The translations under genes were made by a program, and so were the position numbers. 64,000 bases of DNA from Bacillota bacterium (GTDB lineage: Bacteria; Bacillota; Sulfobacillia; DUSP01; DYEP01): positions 3,155 through 67,154 of the forward strand of contig JBFMAL010000009.1 of NCBI GenBank assembly GCA_040755615.1, written 5' to 3'. The notes under the pieces were generated by a model, which did no database searches, was not told the origin of the DNA, and saw only the letters and a program-made list of their open reading frames with translations. Position 1 is the first letter of the stretch, and each line of letters opens with the position of its first letter. Below are positions 1 through 9,781 of the stretch, piece by piece.

Positions 1-1074
1 GCCGTGGATGAGGGCGCCACGTGCATCAACGTGCCCGACACCGTAGGCTACACCACCCCTGCTGAATTCAAACGGCTTATTGGCACCATCAGGGCAAATG
101 TGCGCGGCATCGAAAATGTTACTATTTCGGTGCACTGTCACGATGACCTGGGCCTTGCCGTCGCAAACTCACTGTCCGCCGTAGAAGCAGGTGCGGGCCA
201 GATTGAATGCACTGTAAACGGTATTGGCGAAAGAGCTGGCAACACCTCCCTCGAAGAGGTGGTCATGGCGCTGCGTACAAGGAAAGACCATTTCGGGACC
301 GACACCTCAGTAGTATCGGAACAGATCTACCGGGTGAGCAGGCTGGTCAGCGCGCTTACCGGGGTGCCGATCCAGCCCAACAAGGCGATCGTGGGCGCCA
401 ACGCGTTTGCACACCAGTCAGGCATCCATCAGGACGGGGTGCTGAAGGAAAGGCTTACGTACGAAATTATAAGACCTGAATCCATAGGTCTTTCCTCCAA
501 CCGGATCGTGCTTGGCAAGGTATCGGGCAGACACGCGTTCTCAAAGCGCCTGGAAGAACTGGGCTACACCGTCTCCCAGGAAGACGTTGACAAGCTGTTC
601 GTAAAGTTCAAGGAACTGGCTGACAGAAAGCGCGATATCTCCGACAGGGATATCGAGGCGCTGGTTGACAGCGAGCTGTTCCGCGTGCCCGAATGTGTGG
701 TACTGGACTACTACCACGTTTCTGCAGGAAACCGCACCGTCCCCACAGCCACTGTCAGGCTGAGTATCGGCTCCTCTCCCAGGGAGGAAGCGGCCAGCGG
801 AGACGGTCCGGTGGATGCGCTGTTCAAGGCGATAGACCGTTGTACGGGACTTTGCGTCACACTCACCGACTACTCGTTACGTGCGGTCACAAGCGGCAAG
901 GACGCATTGGGAGAAGTGACGCTGAAGATCGCTCATAACGGCCGGTCATTTTCCGGCAGGGGGCTGTCCATGGACGTGATCGAGGCCAGCGCCAGGGCCT
1001 ACGTGGACGCCATCAACCGCCTTTATCATTCCGGGCCTGAAGAACGGGCTCAAATCAGCGCGGTGGGGTGCTGA
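1..1074 (+). CDS. leuA: 2-isopropylmalate synthase, C-terminal part (5' end outside window)
   Basis: Translation contains the HxH...DTVG catalytic TIM-barrel region (INVPDTVGYTTP, VHCHDDLGLAVANSL, NGIGERAGN) and a LeuA-type C-terminal regulatory domain. Directly followed by leuCDB. Confidence 0.85.
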   Translation, partial: AVDEGATCINVPDTVGYTTPAEFKRLIGTIRANVRGIENVTISVHCHDDLGLAVANSLSAVEAGAGQIECTVNGIGERAGNTSLEEVVMALRTRKDHFGTDTSVVSEQIYRVSRLVSALTGVPIQPNKAIVGANAFAHQSGIHQDGVLKERLTYEIIRPESIGLSSNRIVLGKVSGRHAFSKRLEELGYTVSQEDVDKLFVKFKELADRKRDISDRDIEALVDSELFRVPECVVLDYYHVSAGNRTVPTATVRLSIGSSPREEAASGDGPVDALFKAIDRCTGLCVTLTDYSLRAVTSGKDALGEVTLKIAHNGRSFSGRGLSMDVIEASARAYVDAINRLYHSGPEERAQISAVGC

Positions 1075-1076
1075 AC

Positions 1077-2339
1077 ATGCCGAACATCACACAGAAGTTG
1101 CTTGCGGCCCATTGTGATAGAGATACGTTATACCCCGGCGATCTGATCCAGGCGAAGGTCGACTTGGTGCTGGGGAACGACATCACCACGCCCCTCGCCC
1201 TGCGCGAGTTTTTCGCGGCCGGGTTCCGCCGGGTGTTCGACCCGGAGCGCATTGTGCTCGTGCAGGACCACTTCGTACCCAGCAAGGACATAAAATCGGC
1301 GGAACAGTCAATGGTGGTCCGGCAGTTCGCCAGGGAATACCGCATCACGCATCATTTTGATGTGGGTAGTGCAGGTATTGAGCACGCTCTGCTGCCCGAG
1401 GTAGGCCTGGTGGTCTCAGGCGACCTGGTGATAGGCGCAGACTCGCATACGTGCACCTACGGAGCGCTGGGTGCGTTCGCCACCGGCATTGGCAGCACAG
1501 ATATGGCCGCTGCCATGGCAATCGGTGAAGTATGGCTCCGGGTCCCCGAAGTGATGAAAGTGGTGCTCACCGGGAAGAGGTCCCGGTGGGTCTCGGGCAA
1601 AGACATCATACTTGCAATCATAGGCAAGATCGGGACGGACGGCGCCAGGTACATGTCCATGGAGTTTCAGGGACCGCTGGTCGCAGACCTCTCCATGGAT
1701 GAACGCATGACCATCTCCAACATGGTCATCGAGGCAGGCGCCAAGGCCGGCATTTTCCAGCCCGACGGCGTCACCATGGAATACATGAATCACCGGGCAA
1801 AACGCGCACCGCGGTTGTACACCTCCGACGCAGACGCCACCTACCAGGCAGAGCTGGTGCTCGACGTCACAGGTATGGCGCCCGTCGTCGCGCTCCCCCA
1901 CTCTCCGGACAATGTGCGGCAAATCTCCGAGCTGGGCGAGATCCCCATCGACCAGGTGGTGATAGGCTCCTGCACCAATGGCCGGTACTCTGACCTCGAA
2001 ATGGCCGCGAGCGTCCTGCGGGGGAAGAAAGTGAATCCAAACGTCAGGCTCATAGTGATCCCTGCTACTCAGCAAGTCTACCTTGACGCCATGCGGGCCG
2101 GGCTGCTTGAGGTGTTCATCGAAGCGGGCGGCGTGATCAGTCCCCCCACCTGCGGGCCATGCCTCGGCGGGTACATGGGTATTCTGGGACCTGGGGAAAG
2201 GGCCGTAGCCACTACAAACCGCAACTTTGTGGGGCGGATGGGGCACCCCAAGAGCGAAGTCGTACTGGCATCGCCGTTTGTAGCAGCCGCGTCGGCTGTC
2301 CTGGGTAGAGTAGCTGCACCATGGGAGGTGGCATCATGA
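1077..2339 (+). CDS. leuC: 3-isopropylmalate dehydratase large subunit (short aconitase-family LeuC, ~420 aa)
   Basis: Aconitase-family motifs (DSHT, GSCTNGR, Fe-S Cys ligands). GGGGTG RBS 6 nt upstream of ATG at 1077; the track ORF starts at 1068. Confidence 0.85.
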   Translation: MPNITQKLLAAHCDRDTLYPGDLIQAKVDLVLGNDITTPLALREFFAAGFRRVFDPERIVLVQDHFVPSKDIKSAEQSMVVRQFAREYRITHHFDVGSAGIEHALLPEVGLVVSGDLVIGADSHTCTYGALGAFATGIGSTDMAAAMAIGEVWLRVPEVMKVVLTGKRSRWVSGKDIILAIIGKIGTDGARYMSMEFQGPLVADLSMDERMTISNMVIEAGAKAGIFQPDGVTMEYMNHRAKRAPRLYTSDADATYQAELVLDVTGMAPVVALPHSPDNVRQISELGEIPIDQVVIGSCTNGRYSDLEMAASVLRGKKVNPNVRLIVIPATQQVYLDAMRAGLLEVFIEAGGVISPPTCGPCLGGYMGILGPGERAVATTNRNFVGRMGHPKSEVVLASPFVAAASAVLGRVAAPWEVAS

Positions 2340-2830
2340 TGAAAGGACGCGCGTGGGTCTTCGGGGACAACGTGGACACAGACGCCATCATCCCCGCCCG
2401 ATACCTTAATACGTCGGACCAGGCCGAGCTCGCCCGGCACGTCATGGAAGATATAGACCCCGGTTTCGCGAGCCGGGTACGCCCGGGTGACATCATCGTC
2501 GCGGGCAGGAACTTCGGCTGCGGGAGCTCAAGAGAACACGCGCCGCTCGCCATCCGCGCGTCGGGCATAAGCTGCGTAATCGCCCGCTCTTTTGCAAGGA
2601 TTTTCTACAGAAACTCTATCAATACGGGGTTGTTTATAGTAGAATCAGAGGAAATACCCGATTTGGTGCAAGAAGGGGATGAACTGGAGATTAATGCGGA
2701 AGCCGGCATTTTGGTGAACTTAAGCCGCGGCACTGTTCACCGCATCCCTGAGCAGCCCGCGTTCGTGCGGGAGATCATCGAGGCGGGAGGACTCCTGCCG
2801 TACGTCAGGAGGAGGTTGGCCAATGACTGA
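2336..2830 (+). CDS. leuD: 3-isopropylmalate dehydratase small subunit
   Basis: LeuD-like swivel-domain sequence (GDNVDTDAIIPARYL, GRNFGCGSSREHAP). ATGA overlap with the leuC stop; GGGAGGTG RBS. Confidence 0.85.
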   Translation: MMKGRAWVFGDNVDTDAIIPARYLNTSDQAELARHVMEDIDPGFASRVRPGDIIVAGRNFGCGSSREHAPLAIRASGISCVIARSFARIFYRNSINTGLFIVESEEIPDLVQEGDELEINAEAGILVNLSRGTVHRIPEQPAFVREIIEAGGLLPYVRRRLAND

Positions 2831-3893
2831 GATCGTGTGTCTGCCCGGCGACGGTATAGGTCCCGAGGTAACCCGGGAGGCCTGCAAGGTACTGTCCGCC
2901 TGTGCAGGAAAATACGGGTGGGAGCTTTCGTTCACCACCTGCCCGTTCGGCGGCGAGGCCATAGACAGCTGCGGAGAACCGCTGCCTGAGGCGACCCTCG
3001 AGGCATGCAAGCGAGCAGACGCCGTGCTCCTCGGCGCGGTCGGTGGCCCGAAGTGGGACGGGCTGCCTCACGAGCGCCGCCCCGAAAGAGGGCTCCTCGG
3101 AATCAGGAAGGCGCTCGGCCTCTTCGCCAACGTAAGACCGGTCAAGCTCTACGGAAGCCTCGCTCCCGCAAGCCCACTTAAAGATCCGGGCGATGTGGAC
3201 ATGGTGATCTTCCGCGAGCTTACGGGAGACCTGTATTTCGGCAAAAAAGGAGTGACTGGCGAAGGAGACGGTCGCGTGGCGTTTGACGAGGCCACCTACT
3301 CTGTCCACGAGATCCGCCGCATCGCGAAGAAGGCGTTTTCGGCGGCCAGATCCCGCAGGAAGCACCTGACTTCAGTGGATAAGTCCAACGTGCTGGTCAC
3401 GTCCCGGCTCTGGCGCGAGGTAGTGGACAGGCTCGCCCTGGAGTACCCGGACGTGCAGGTAGAGCACCAGCTGGTGGACACCGCCGCCATGTTCATGGTG
3501 AGGCGGCCGGGGAAGTATGACGTGTTGGTCACGTCCAACATGTTCGGCGACATCCTGAGCGACCTCGGCGGGGCGCTGGTAGGGTCGCTTGGACTTCTGC
3601 CGTCGGCAAGCCTTGCGGAGGGGCGCTTTGGATTGTACGAGCCCGTCCACGGGTCTGCGCCTGATATCGCAGGCCGGGGCGTGGCAAACCCCGTCGGAGC
3701 TATCCTTTCAGCAGCAATGCTCATCGAATACACCCTGGGCGAAGTAGCCGTAGCTCGCGAAGTGGAACGCGCGGTGGAAGAAACGCTCAAGAGATTTCGC
3801 ACGCCGGATATCGCCGCAGCGGGCACCTCGTTGGTCAGTACAGCGGAATTCGGAGATCGCGTCACGGAAACCATAGTTGGAGGAGGAGTCTAA
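2823..3893 (+). CDS. leuB: 3-isopropylmalate dehydrogenase
   Basis: Isocitrate/isopropylmalate dehydrogenase family signature (NLFGDILSDL-like SNMFGDILSDLGG, GSAPDIAG). Confidence 0.9.
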   Translation: MTEIVCLPGDGIGPEVTREACKVLSACAGKYGWELSFTTCPFGGEAIDSCGEPLPEATLEACKRADAVLLGAVGGPKWDGLPHERRPERGLLGIRKALGLFANVRPVKLYGSLAPASPLKDPGDVDMVIFRELTGDLYFGKKGVTGEGDGRVAFDEATYSVHEIRRIAKKAFSAARSRRKHLTSVDKSNVLVTSRLWREVVDRLALEYPDVQVEHQLVDTAAMFMVRRPGKYDVLVTSNMFGDILSDLGGALVGSLGLLPSASLAEGRFGLYEPVHGSAPDIAGRGVANPVGAILSAAMLIEYTLGEVAVAREVERAVEETLKRFRTPDIAAAGTSLVSTAEFGDRVTETIVGGGV

Positions 3894-4796
3894 ATGGGCA
3901 GGACAGTCTACATTGACGGCAGGTTCGTACCCGAGGAGGAAGCGAAAGTATCTGTGTTTGACCACGGCTACCTGTACGGGGACGGAGTCTTCGAGGGTAT
4001 CCGCGCCTACAACGGCCGCGTGTTCAAACTCACCGAACACGTGGACAGGCTCTACGACTCGGCCAAGGCGATCATGCTCACCATCCCGATGAGCAAGGCG
4101 GAGATGGAAGAGACAGTACTGGAGACGCTCAGGCGGAACGGTCTCACCGACGCCTACATCAGGCTCGTAGTGTCCCGCGGCAGGGGCGACTTGGGTCTTG
4201 ATCCGAGAAAGTGCCCGTCTGCCACCGTGGTGTGCATCGTCGACAAGATCGTGCTGTTCCCGAAGGAACTGTACGATCGGGGCATTAAGGTGATGACCGT
4301 AGCCACGCGCAGGAACAACGTGGACTCCCTGAGCCCGCGGATCAAGTCGCTCAACTACCTGAATAACATACTCGCCAAGATCGAAGCGAACCTGATAGGG
4401 TGCCCGGAGGTCATCATGCTGAACTCCGAGGGCTACGTGGTGGAAGGCACAGGCGACAACATCTTCATCGTGAAGGGCAGAAAGGTCATCACCCCGCCGA
4501 CCCACGTGGGTATCCTCGAGGGCATTACGCGCGCCACTGTCATGCAAATGGCAGAAGAAGCGGGTTATGAGGTGCGAGAGGAAGTGTTCACGAGGCATGA
4601 TGTCTACACAGCAGACGAGTGCTTTCTAACAGGTACGGCAGCCGAGCTGATCCCCTGCATCGAGGCAGACGGCCGCACCATCGGGTCGGGTGCTCCCGGG
4701 CCTGTCACAAAATCGCTGATGAACGCATTCAGAAAACTCACCCATGAGACCGGCACCCCGATCTACTGCAAAACACCGGAAGCGGCGGCGATATAG
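3894..4796 (+). CDS. ilvE: branched-chain amino acid aminotransferase (fold-type IV PLP enzyme)
   Basis: Fold-type IV aminotransferase motifs ([26 protein letters not shown]). Placed at the end of the leu operon. Confidence 0.8.
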   Translation: MGRTVYIDGRFVPEEEAKVSVFDHGYLYGDGVFEGIRAYNGRVFKLTEHVDRLYDSAKAIMLTIPMSKAEMEETVLETLRRNGLTDAYIRLVVSRGRGDLGLDPRKCPSATVVCIVDKIVLFPKELYDRGIKVMTVATRRNNVDSLSPRIKSLNYLNNILAKIEANLIGCPEVIMLNSEGYVVEGTGDNIFIVKGRKVITPPTHVGILEGITRATVMQMAEEAGYEVREEVFTRHDVYTADECFLTGTAAELIPCIEADGRTIGSGAPGPVTKSLMNAFRKLTHETGTPIYCKTPEAAAI

Positions 4797-4827
4797 ATGG
4801 ACGCCTGGATAGACGCAGTCGGCGGCA

Positions 4828-4867
4828 TTAAGAGGCCGTGCAGGCACCATGCTGTGGCAGCGCTTGC
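4828..4867. terminator. GC-rich hairpin between convergent ilvE and hsp20 (possible bidirectional terminator)
   Basis: GGCCGTGCA ... TGCACGGCC 9-bp inverted repeat, followed on the plus strand by ggTTTTcag. Large loop, so only moderate confidence. Confidence 0.4.
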
Positions 4868-4888
4868 ACGGCCCGCCTTACCTGGTTT

Positions 4889-5374
4889 TCAGTGCCGGGG
4901 CTGGTTTCCGTCGTCGTCCCTGATCTCGAGCTTTCGCCCCGCGCCTCCGGGAATTGCTTTGGGCATCCTCACCTCTAGCACACCGCGCCGATAACGCGCC
5001 TCGGCCTTGTCGGGCTGGATTGGCGCAGGCAGCGGTATGCTTCGGAAGAAACGTCCAAGCCGCCTTTCGGTGTAACGCCTGCCCTCGCGCACCGTGTCCT
5101 CATCGTACCTCGTCTCCCCCTTGATTCGGACCTCCCTGTCGTAGATCCGGAGATCCAGGTCTCCCGGGGATACACCGGGGATCTCAGCAAACACCACCAC
5201 CTCGTCATCGGTCTCGTGTACGTCCACGCTGGGCCCTGCGTCAAATCCCCTCCTGTAAATGCGCTCAAACAGCGGATCGTCGAACATCCCCGGTATGAGC
5301 GTCCACGGGAACAGGGCGAGCGGGTTCGCGTACCGGTGTACCGGCAACTCACGCTCGTCTCGCTCGTCTCGCAT
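4889..5374 (-). CDS. Hsp20/alpha-crystallin family small heat-shock protein
   Basis: Alpha-crystallin domain (DVHETDDEVVVFAEIPGVSPGDLDLRIYDREVRIKGE). Internal ATG at 5374 is preceded by GGGGAGGTGAGCAC, so the real start is probably here rather than the 5482 ORF start. Confidence 0.8.
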   Translation of the reverse strand: MRDERDERELPVHRYANPLALFPWTLIPGMFDDPLFERIYRRGFDAGPSVDVHETDDEVVVFAEIPGVSPGDLDLRIYDREVRIKGETRYDEDTVREGRRYTERRLGRFFRSIPLPAPIQPDKAEARYRRGVLEVRMPKAIPGGAGRKLEIRDDDGNQPRH

Positions 5375-5430
5375 GTGCTCACCTCCCCAAGAACAGTGGT
5401 TTCGGAGCTTAGATTCTCCAGAGCCCTGGG

Positions 5431-5457
5431 GAAGTATAAGGCCCGCCTGTGGCGGGC
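5431..5457 (-). terminator. probable intrinsic terminator downstream of sucD
   Basis: GCCCGCC-tgt-GGCGGGC hairpin 15 nt after the sucD stop, followed on the minus strand by CTTATACTT. Confidence 0.4.
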
Positions 5458-5471
5458 TACTCGGATCCTGT

Positions 5472-6347
5472 TTATCTCCCAAGCGCTTCTTTGATTAAGG
5501 CCGGCACCTCCCAGGGCAGCTGCGCGATGCGCGCCCCTCCGGCTTCCAGTGCTTTTACTTTGCTTTCAAAAGTGCCCCTGCCCCGTTCGATGATGGCGCC
5601 TGCGTGCCCCATGCGCTTTCCTGGTGGCGCGCTCTTGCCCGCAAGGTAAGCCACTACGGGCTTGTTCATGCCCTTGATCAGCTCGGCAGCTTCTTCCTCC
5701 TGTGTGCCGCCGATCTCGCCCACCAGCACGCACGCCTCCGTATCCGGGTCCTTTGCGAACTGCTTTAAAATACTGACAAAACTCTGGCCCACCACCCGGT
5801 CTCCGCCCAGTCCCACAACGGTGGACTGGCCAAGGCCTGCCCTGGTGAGCGACTGCGCCACCTCGTAGCTCAGGGTGCCCGAGCGGGCAGCAATACCGAC
5901 GCATCCCGCAGCATATATCTGGTTCGGCATGATCCCGATCTTGCACTTGCCTGGGCTTATGATACCGAACGTGTTGGGCCCGATTACGGTCGTACCCTTC
6001 TCTTTCGCAAACGCCATGATGTCCAGCGTGTCGTGTACAGGTATGTGCTCGGTGATAATCACCACCACAGCGACGCCCGCGTCTATCGCCTCAAACGCCG
6101 CGTCCTTCGCAAACCGGGCGGGCACGAACAGGACTGACGCGTTGGCGCCGTGCTTTTCCACTGCGTCCTCTACAGTATCATACACCGGCAGCCCGTGCAC
6201 TTCCTGCCCGCTTTTGCCCGGAGAGACACCGGCGACCACCCGGGACCCGTAAGCCAGCATCTGGGCGGCGTGGAACGCTCCCTGGTTGCCAGTGATGCCC
6301 TGAACCACCACCTTGGTCTTTTCGTTGATTATAATGGCCACTGTCAC
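5472..6347 (-). CDS. sucD: succinyl-CoA synthetase alpha subunit
   Basis: CoA-binding and phospho-histidine region (RMGHAGAII, GPNCPGII-like GPNTFGIISPG). 4-nt overlap with sucC. Confidence 0.9.
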   Translation of the reverse strand: MTVAIIINEKTKVVVQGITGNQGAFHAAQMLAYGSRVVAGVSPGKSGQEVHGLPVYDTVEDAVEKHGANASVLFVPARFAKDAAFEAIDAGVAVVVIITEHIPVHDTLDIMAFAKEKGTTVIGPNTFGIISPGKCKIGIMPNQIYAAGCVGIAARSGTLSYEVAQSLTRAGLGQSTVVGLGGDRVVGQSFVSILKQFAKDPDTEACVLVGEIGGTQEEEAAELIKGMNKPVVAYLAGKSAPPGKRMGHAGAIIERGRGTFESKVKALEAGGARIAQLPWEVPALIKEALGR

Positions 6348-7459
6348 TCTCCTCCTCCGCGGGCAAGTGCAACAACCCTGGACGCCGCCTCATCCATCGT
6401 CTTGTAAGCGGGGAAACCGTGCTCGGATAGCAGCCGCACCCCTTCTTCCTCGTTTGTACCCACGAGCCTTATCACTACCGGCACCGGTATGCCCCTTTGC
6501 TCCTTGACCATGATGAGGGCTCTAGCCACGTCATCGCAGCGGGTGATTCCACCGAAAATGTTGATCAGGATCGCCTTTGGATTCGTCTCAAGCAGTACTT
6601 CGATGGCCCGGGCCGTGGGCTCCACCGAAGCGCCTCCACCGGCATCGAGGAAGTTGGCGGGGCGCCCGCCGTAGTGCTGCAGGATGTCTAGCGTGGCCAT
6701 GGCCATGCCTGCCCCGTTGGCCATGACGGCAATATCACCATCCAGCTCCACGTAGGAAAGGCCCATTTTTCTGACGCGCAGCTCGATCTCGGTGCCCTCC
6801 TCGATGACCGGCACGCCCTCTTGCCGGAACAGCGCTTCGTCATCAATGTTCAGCCTGCCGTCTGCGGCCACCACCCGGTCGCCGGATATCACCAGCGGGT
6901 TGATCTCGGTGAGCTCTGCGTCGTACTGCTTGAACACACCGTACAGCTTGACCAGGATGTCGGCGACCTTCGACGCGTGCGGCCCCTGCAGTCCCATCCT
7001 CCTTACTATCTGCCTCGCCTTGTAGGCCCCAAGTCCCCAGCTGGGGTGCAGGTTCACCTTTACAATATCCTTAACCGGAACCTCCTCGATGTCCATACCC
7101 CCGCGGGCGGATGCGATACAAAGCGGTGCCCGGTTTCCCGCATCCACAGTGAGCCCGAGATATAGTTCGGCATCGATGCTCAGCCGCTCTTCAACAAGGA
7201 TTGTGTCTACACGTAAACCGCGGATTTCGGTACCAAGGAGTCTTTCCGCGGCCGCTTTGGCCTCCTCAGGTGTGGACGCAAACGCGATGCCCCCGGCCTT
7301 TCCGCGTCCCCCGGCAAGCACCTGGGCCTTGAGCGCCACCGCTCCCAGTGCCCGGGCAGCTGACTCCGCCTCCTCAGCAGTCCTCGCCACCATGCCCTTT
7401 GGCACCGGGATACCGGCTTTCGACATGATCTCCTTGGCCAGGTATTCGTAAAGCTTCAA
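6344..7459 (-). CDS. sucC: succinyl-CoA synthetase beta subunit
   Basis: ATP-grasp N-terminal domain (MKLYEYLAKEIMSKAGIPVP) and CoA-ligase C-terminal domain. Confidence 0.9.
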   Translation of the reverse strand: MKLYEYLAKEIMSKAGIPVPKGMVARTAEEAESAARALGAVALKAQVLAGGRGKAGGIAFASTPEEAKAAAERLLGTEIRGLRVDTILVEERLSIDAELYLGLTVDAGNRAPLCIASARGGMDIEEVPVKDIVKVNLHPSWGLGAYKARQIVRRMGLQGPHASKVADILVKLYGVFKQYDAELTEINPLVISGDRVVAADGRLNIDDEALFRQEGVPVIEEGTEIELRVRKMGLSYVELDGDIAVMANGAGMAMATLDILQHYGGRPANFLDAGGGASVEPTARAIEVLLETNPKAILINIFGGITRCDDVARALIMVKEQRGIPVPVVIRLVGTNEEEGVRLLSEHGFPAYKTMDEAASRVVALARGGGE

Positions 7460-7465
7460 TACACG

Positions 7466-9079
7466 TCACCTCGCAAGTGGCTTCCGCGTGTAATCGGGAA
7501 GGAGCATGGGCGACATCCTGTCAGTAACAATGCCCTCGGCTTCCAGCTCGGCATGGTACTTCTTCACGTGTTCAAGCGTGAGCCTGCCGGGCTTTACCGT
7601 CCGGGCGTGTTCTGCAGCGGCAGATCCCGCCCTCTTTCCGAAGACCAGGATATCAAGAAGGGAGTTACCCATGAGCCTGTTTCTGCCGTGAACTCCGCCA
7701 GAGGTCTCTCCCGCCACAAAAAGGCCCGGGATCCGCGTCTCTCCCCTGTCATTTATGTCCACCCCGCCGTTCTGGTAGTGAAGCGTTGGGTAGACCAGCA
7801 CCGGTTGCGCGCTCATATCTATACCGAACCTCTTAAACTGTCTGAACATGGCGGGGAGCTCGCGCTGCACGGTGCCGCTGCCGTGTATCAGGTCTATCAT
7901 GGGAGAATCAAGCCATACCCCCATCTGGCCCGTTGAGGTGGTCCACCCCTTCTTCCGCTCGGTGCATTCCCGGATGATAGCGGAGGATACGGCATCCCTC
8001 GTCTCAAGCGGATATATAAATTGCTCTCCTTCCATATTCACCAGCTGAGCGCCAAGTCCTCTTACCTTTTCTGTAACAAGCTGTCCCACGATCTGCTCTG
8101 GGAACGCAACGCCGGTGGGGTGGATCTGCGTGGCGTCAAGGTATATGAGGGGTGCTCCCGCGCGGTACGCCATGACGAGCCCGTCCGCAGTGGCGCCATA
8201 ATGGTTTGTGGTGGGAAAGCCCGCTACGTGGAGCCGACCGAACCCGCCAGTAGCCAGGATCACGCACCTGGCCCTCGCCACGTGGTACTCCCCTGTCTCA
8301 AGGTTCATAAGCACCGCGCCAGCGCACTTGCCCTCGTCGTCCAGCACCAGCTCGACGGCGGGCGAAAACTCGATGGTGACAATGCCCAGGTTCCGGGCCT
8401 CGTCCCTCAGTGTGCGCATGATCTCAGCGCCCGTGTAGTCCCGCGCGTAGTGCATCCTCTTTCTGCAGGTGCCGCCGCCGTGGATGGTCATCAGGGTGCC
8501 GTCAGAGTCCTTGCTGAACATACAGCCGAGCTCGCAGAGCCAGTCGATGACCAGCGGCGCGTCGTGTACCAGGGCGCGCACCAGGTCTGGCTTGTTCACA
8601 AAACCGCCCCCGCCCATCACGTCAAGATAATGGAGCATCGGCGAGTCGTTCGACTTGGTCGCAGCTTGGATGCCTCCCTGTGCCATCATGGTATTGGCGT
8701 CACCAAGCCTCAGCTTGGTCACCTGGAGCACCCGTGCTCCTGCTAGGCTCGCCACGATTGCAGCGGACGTGCCCGCGCCGCCTCCGCCCACGACCAGTAC
8801 GTCTACGTCGTAGCTCACCTGGTCAAGCGGCACTGCGTCCGGGTCAAGCCTGCTTCTTGCCTCAAGCAAGTCCGCGAGCTCGTGCGGCACCTTTTCGCCC
8901 TTGCTCGGGCCAATCCGTATCGCCCTCATGGTATCTGGCCGGAAATCCGGGTGAAAGCCTTTGAGGAGGGCGTCTTTTTCCCCGGGAGTAAGCCTCGGGT
9001 ATGTCTCAGTCATCCTTTTCGCCCGGGTCTTCTCTACGAGTTTGATCGATTCGAGCATACCGGCATTGTACATCGTCAT
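7466..9079 (-). CDS. fumarate reductase/succinate dehydrogenase flavoprotein-family subunit (TfrA-like) with ~100-aa N-terminal extension
   Basis: FAD-binding DVLVVGGGGAG, then GGIQAA and HYxMGG-like motifs of the SdhA/FrdA family. Sits between sucC and an SdhB-like Fe-S gene. Confidence 0.75.
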   Translation of the reverse strand: MTMYNAGMLESIKLVEKTRAKRMTETYPRLTPGEKDALLKGFHPDFRPDTMRAIRIGPSKGEKVPHELADLLEARSRLDPDAVPLDQVSYDVDVLVVGGGGAGTSAAIVASLAGARVLQVTKLRLGDANTMMAQGGIQAATKSNDSPMLHYLDVMGGGGFVNKPDLVRALVHDAPLVIDWLCELGCMFSKDSDGTLMTIHGGGTCRKRMHYARDYTGAEIMRTLRDEARNLGIVTIEFSPAVELVLDDEGKCAGAVLMNLETGEYHVARARCVILATGGFGRLHVAGFPTTNHYGATADGLVMAYRAGAPLIYLDATQIHPTGVAFPEQIVGQLVTEKVRGLGAQLVNMEGEQFIYPLETRDAVSSAIIRECTERKKGWTTSTGQMGVWLDSPMIDLIHGSGTVQRELPAMFRQFKRFGIDMSAQPVLVYPTLHYQNGGVDINDRGETRIPGLFVAGETSGGVHGRNRLMGNSLLDILVFGKRAGSAAAEHARTVKPGRLTLEHVKKYHAELEAEGIVTDRMSPMLLPDYTRKPLAR

Positions 9080-9085
9080 CCCTCC

Positions 9086-9766
9086 CTACGGCTCTATGTC
9101 TCGCGCATCGTACATCGCCTTGAGCTCTTCGGTACTGGTATCGCAAAGCGCATCCAGGTCCCGGTCGAACTCGCCCGCCTTGATCCTCGAGACGACGGAG
9201 GCCAGATGCTCCGCGGGAGGAGCGATGTACCTCGCATACAGCCTTCTTGCCAGGATCGCCACGTTGTACTGCACGGTCTCAGCGGGGCAGCGGGACGCGC
9301 ACAGTCCGCACATGATGCAGTCAAACGACAGGTCCGCAACCTTCTCGATATCACCCCGCATGGCGGCTGCCATGTAATCCATTACTTTGAGTTCCTGTGG
9401 GCATACCTTGGTGCAGGTGTTGCACCCCAGGCACCTTGAGAGCTCGGGGTAGCTCTTTAGAAGCTGCGCCAGGGTGGGCGCCGCCTCCCTGATGTCGTAC
9501 CGGGCCCGGTTTGCGGGGAAAAACGGCAGCTGCGCCAGGTACATGTCGTTTTCCACCACCGTCTGGCAGGCCAGACCCACCTTTATCCTGTAATCCCCGG
9601 GGGTGCGGTAGACCGTACCGCACGCGCCGCAAAAGCCTCCCCTGCAGCCACAGCCCCTGATAAACTTGTAGCCCGCATACTCCATGGCCTTCATGATGGT
9701 GAGCCCTGCGGGCACCTCGTAGGCCTTGCCCATCACGTGGATTTTCACCATCTCCGGTTCTGCCAA
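9086..9766 (-). CDS. succinate dehydrogenase/fumarate reductase iron-sulfur subunit-like protein
   Basis: 2Fe-2S motif CGCRGGFCGACG plus two ferredoxin-type motifs, CLGCNTCTKVCP and CIMCGLCASRCP. Confidence 0.7.
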   Translation of the reverse strand: MAEPEMVKIHVMGKAYEVPAGLTIMKAMEYAGYKFIRGCGCRGGFCGACGTVYRTPGDYRIKVGLACQTVVENDMYLAQLPFFPANRARYDIREAAPTLAQLLKSYPELSRCLGCNTCTKVCPQELKVMDYMAAAMRGDIEKVADLSFDCIMCGLCASRCPAETVQYNVAILARRLYARYIAPPAEHLASVVSRIKAGEFDRDLDALCDTSTEELKAMYDARDIEP

Positions 9767-9781
9767 TTCGCTTTCCCCCTT

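Noticed and set aside
5375-5430. Short GGAG-N8-CTCC inverted repeat upstream of hsp20 as a CIRCE/HrcA element
   Set aside because: Does not match the TTAGCACTC-N9-GAGTGCTAA CIRCE consensus. Only a 4-bp stem.
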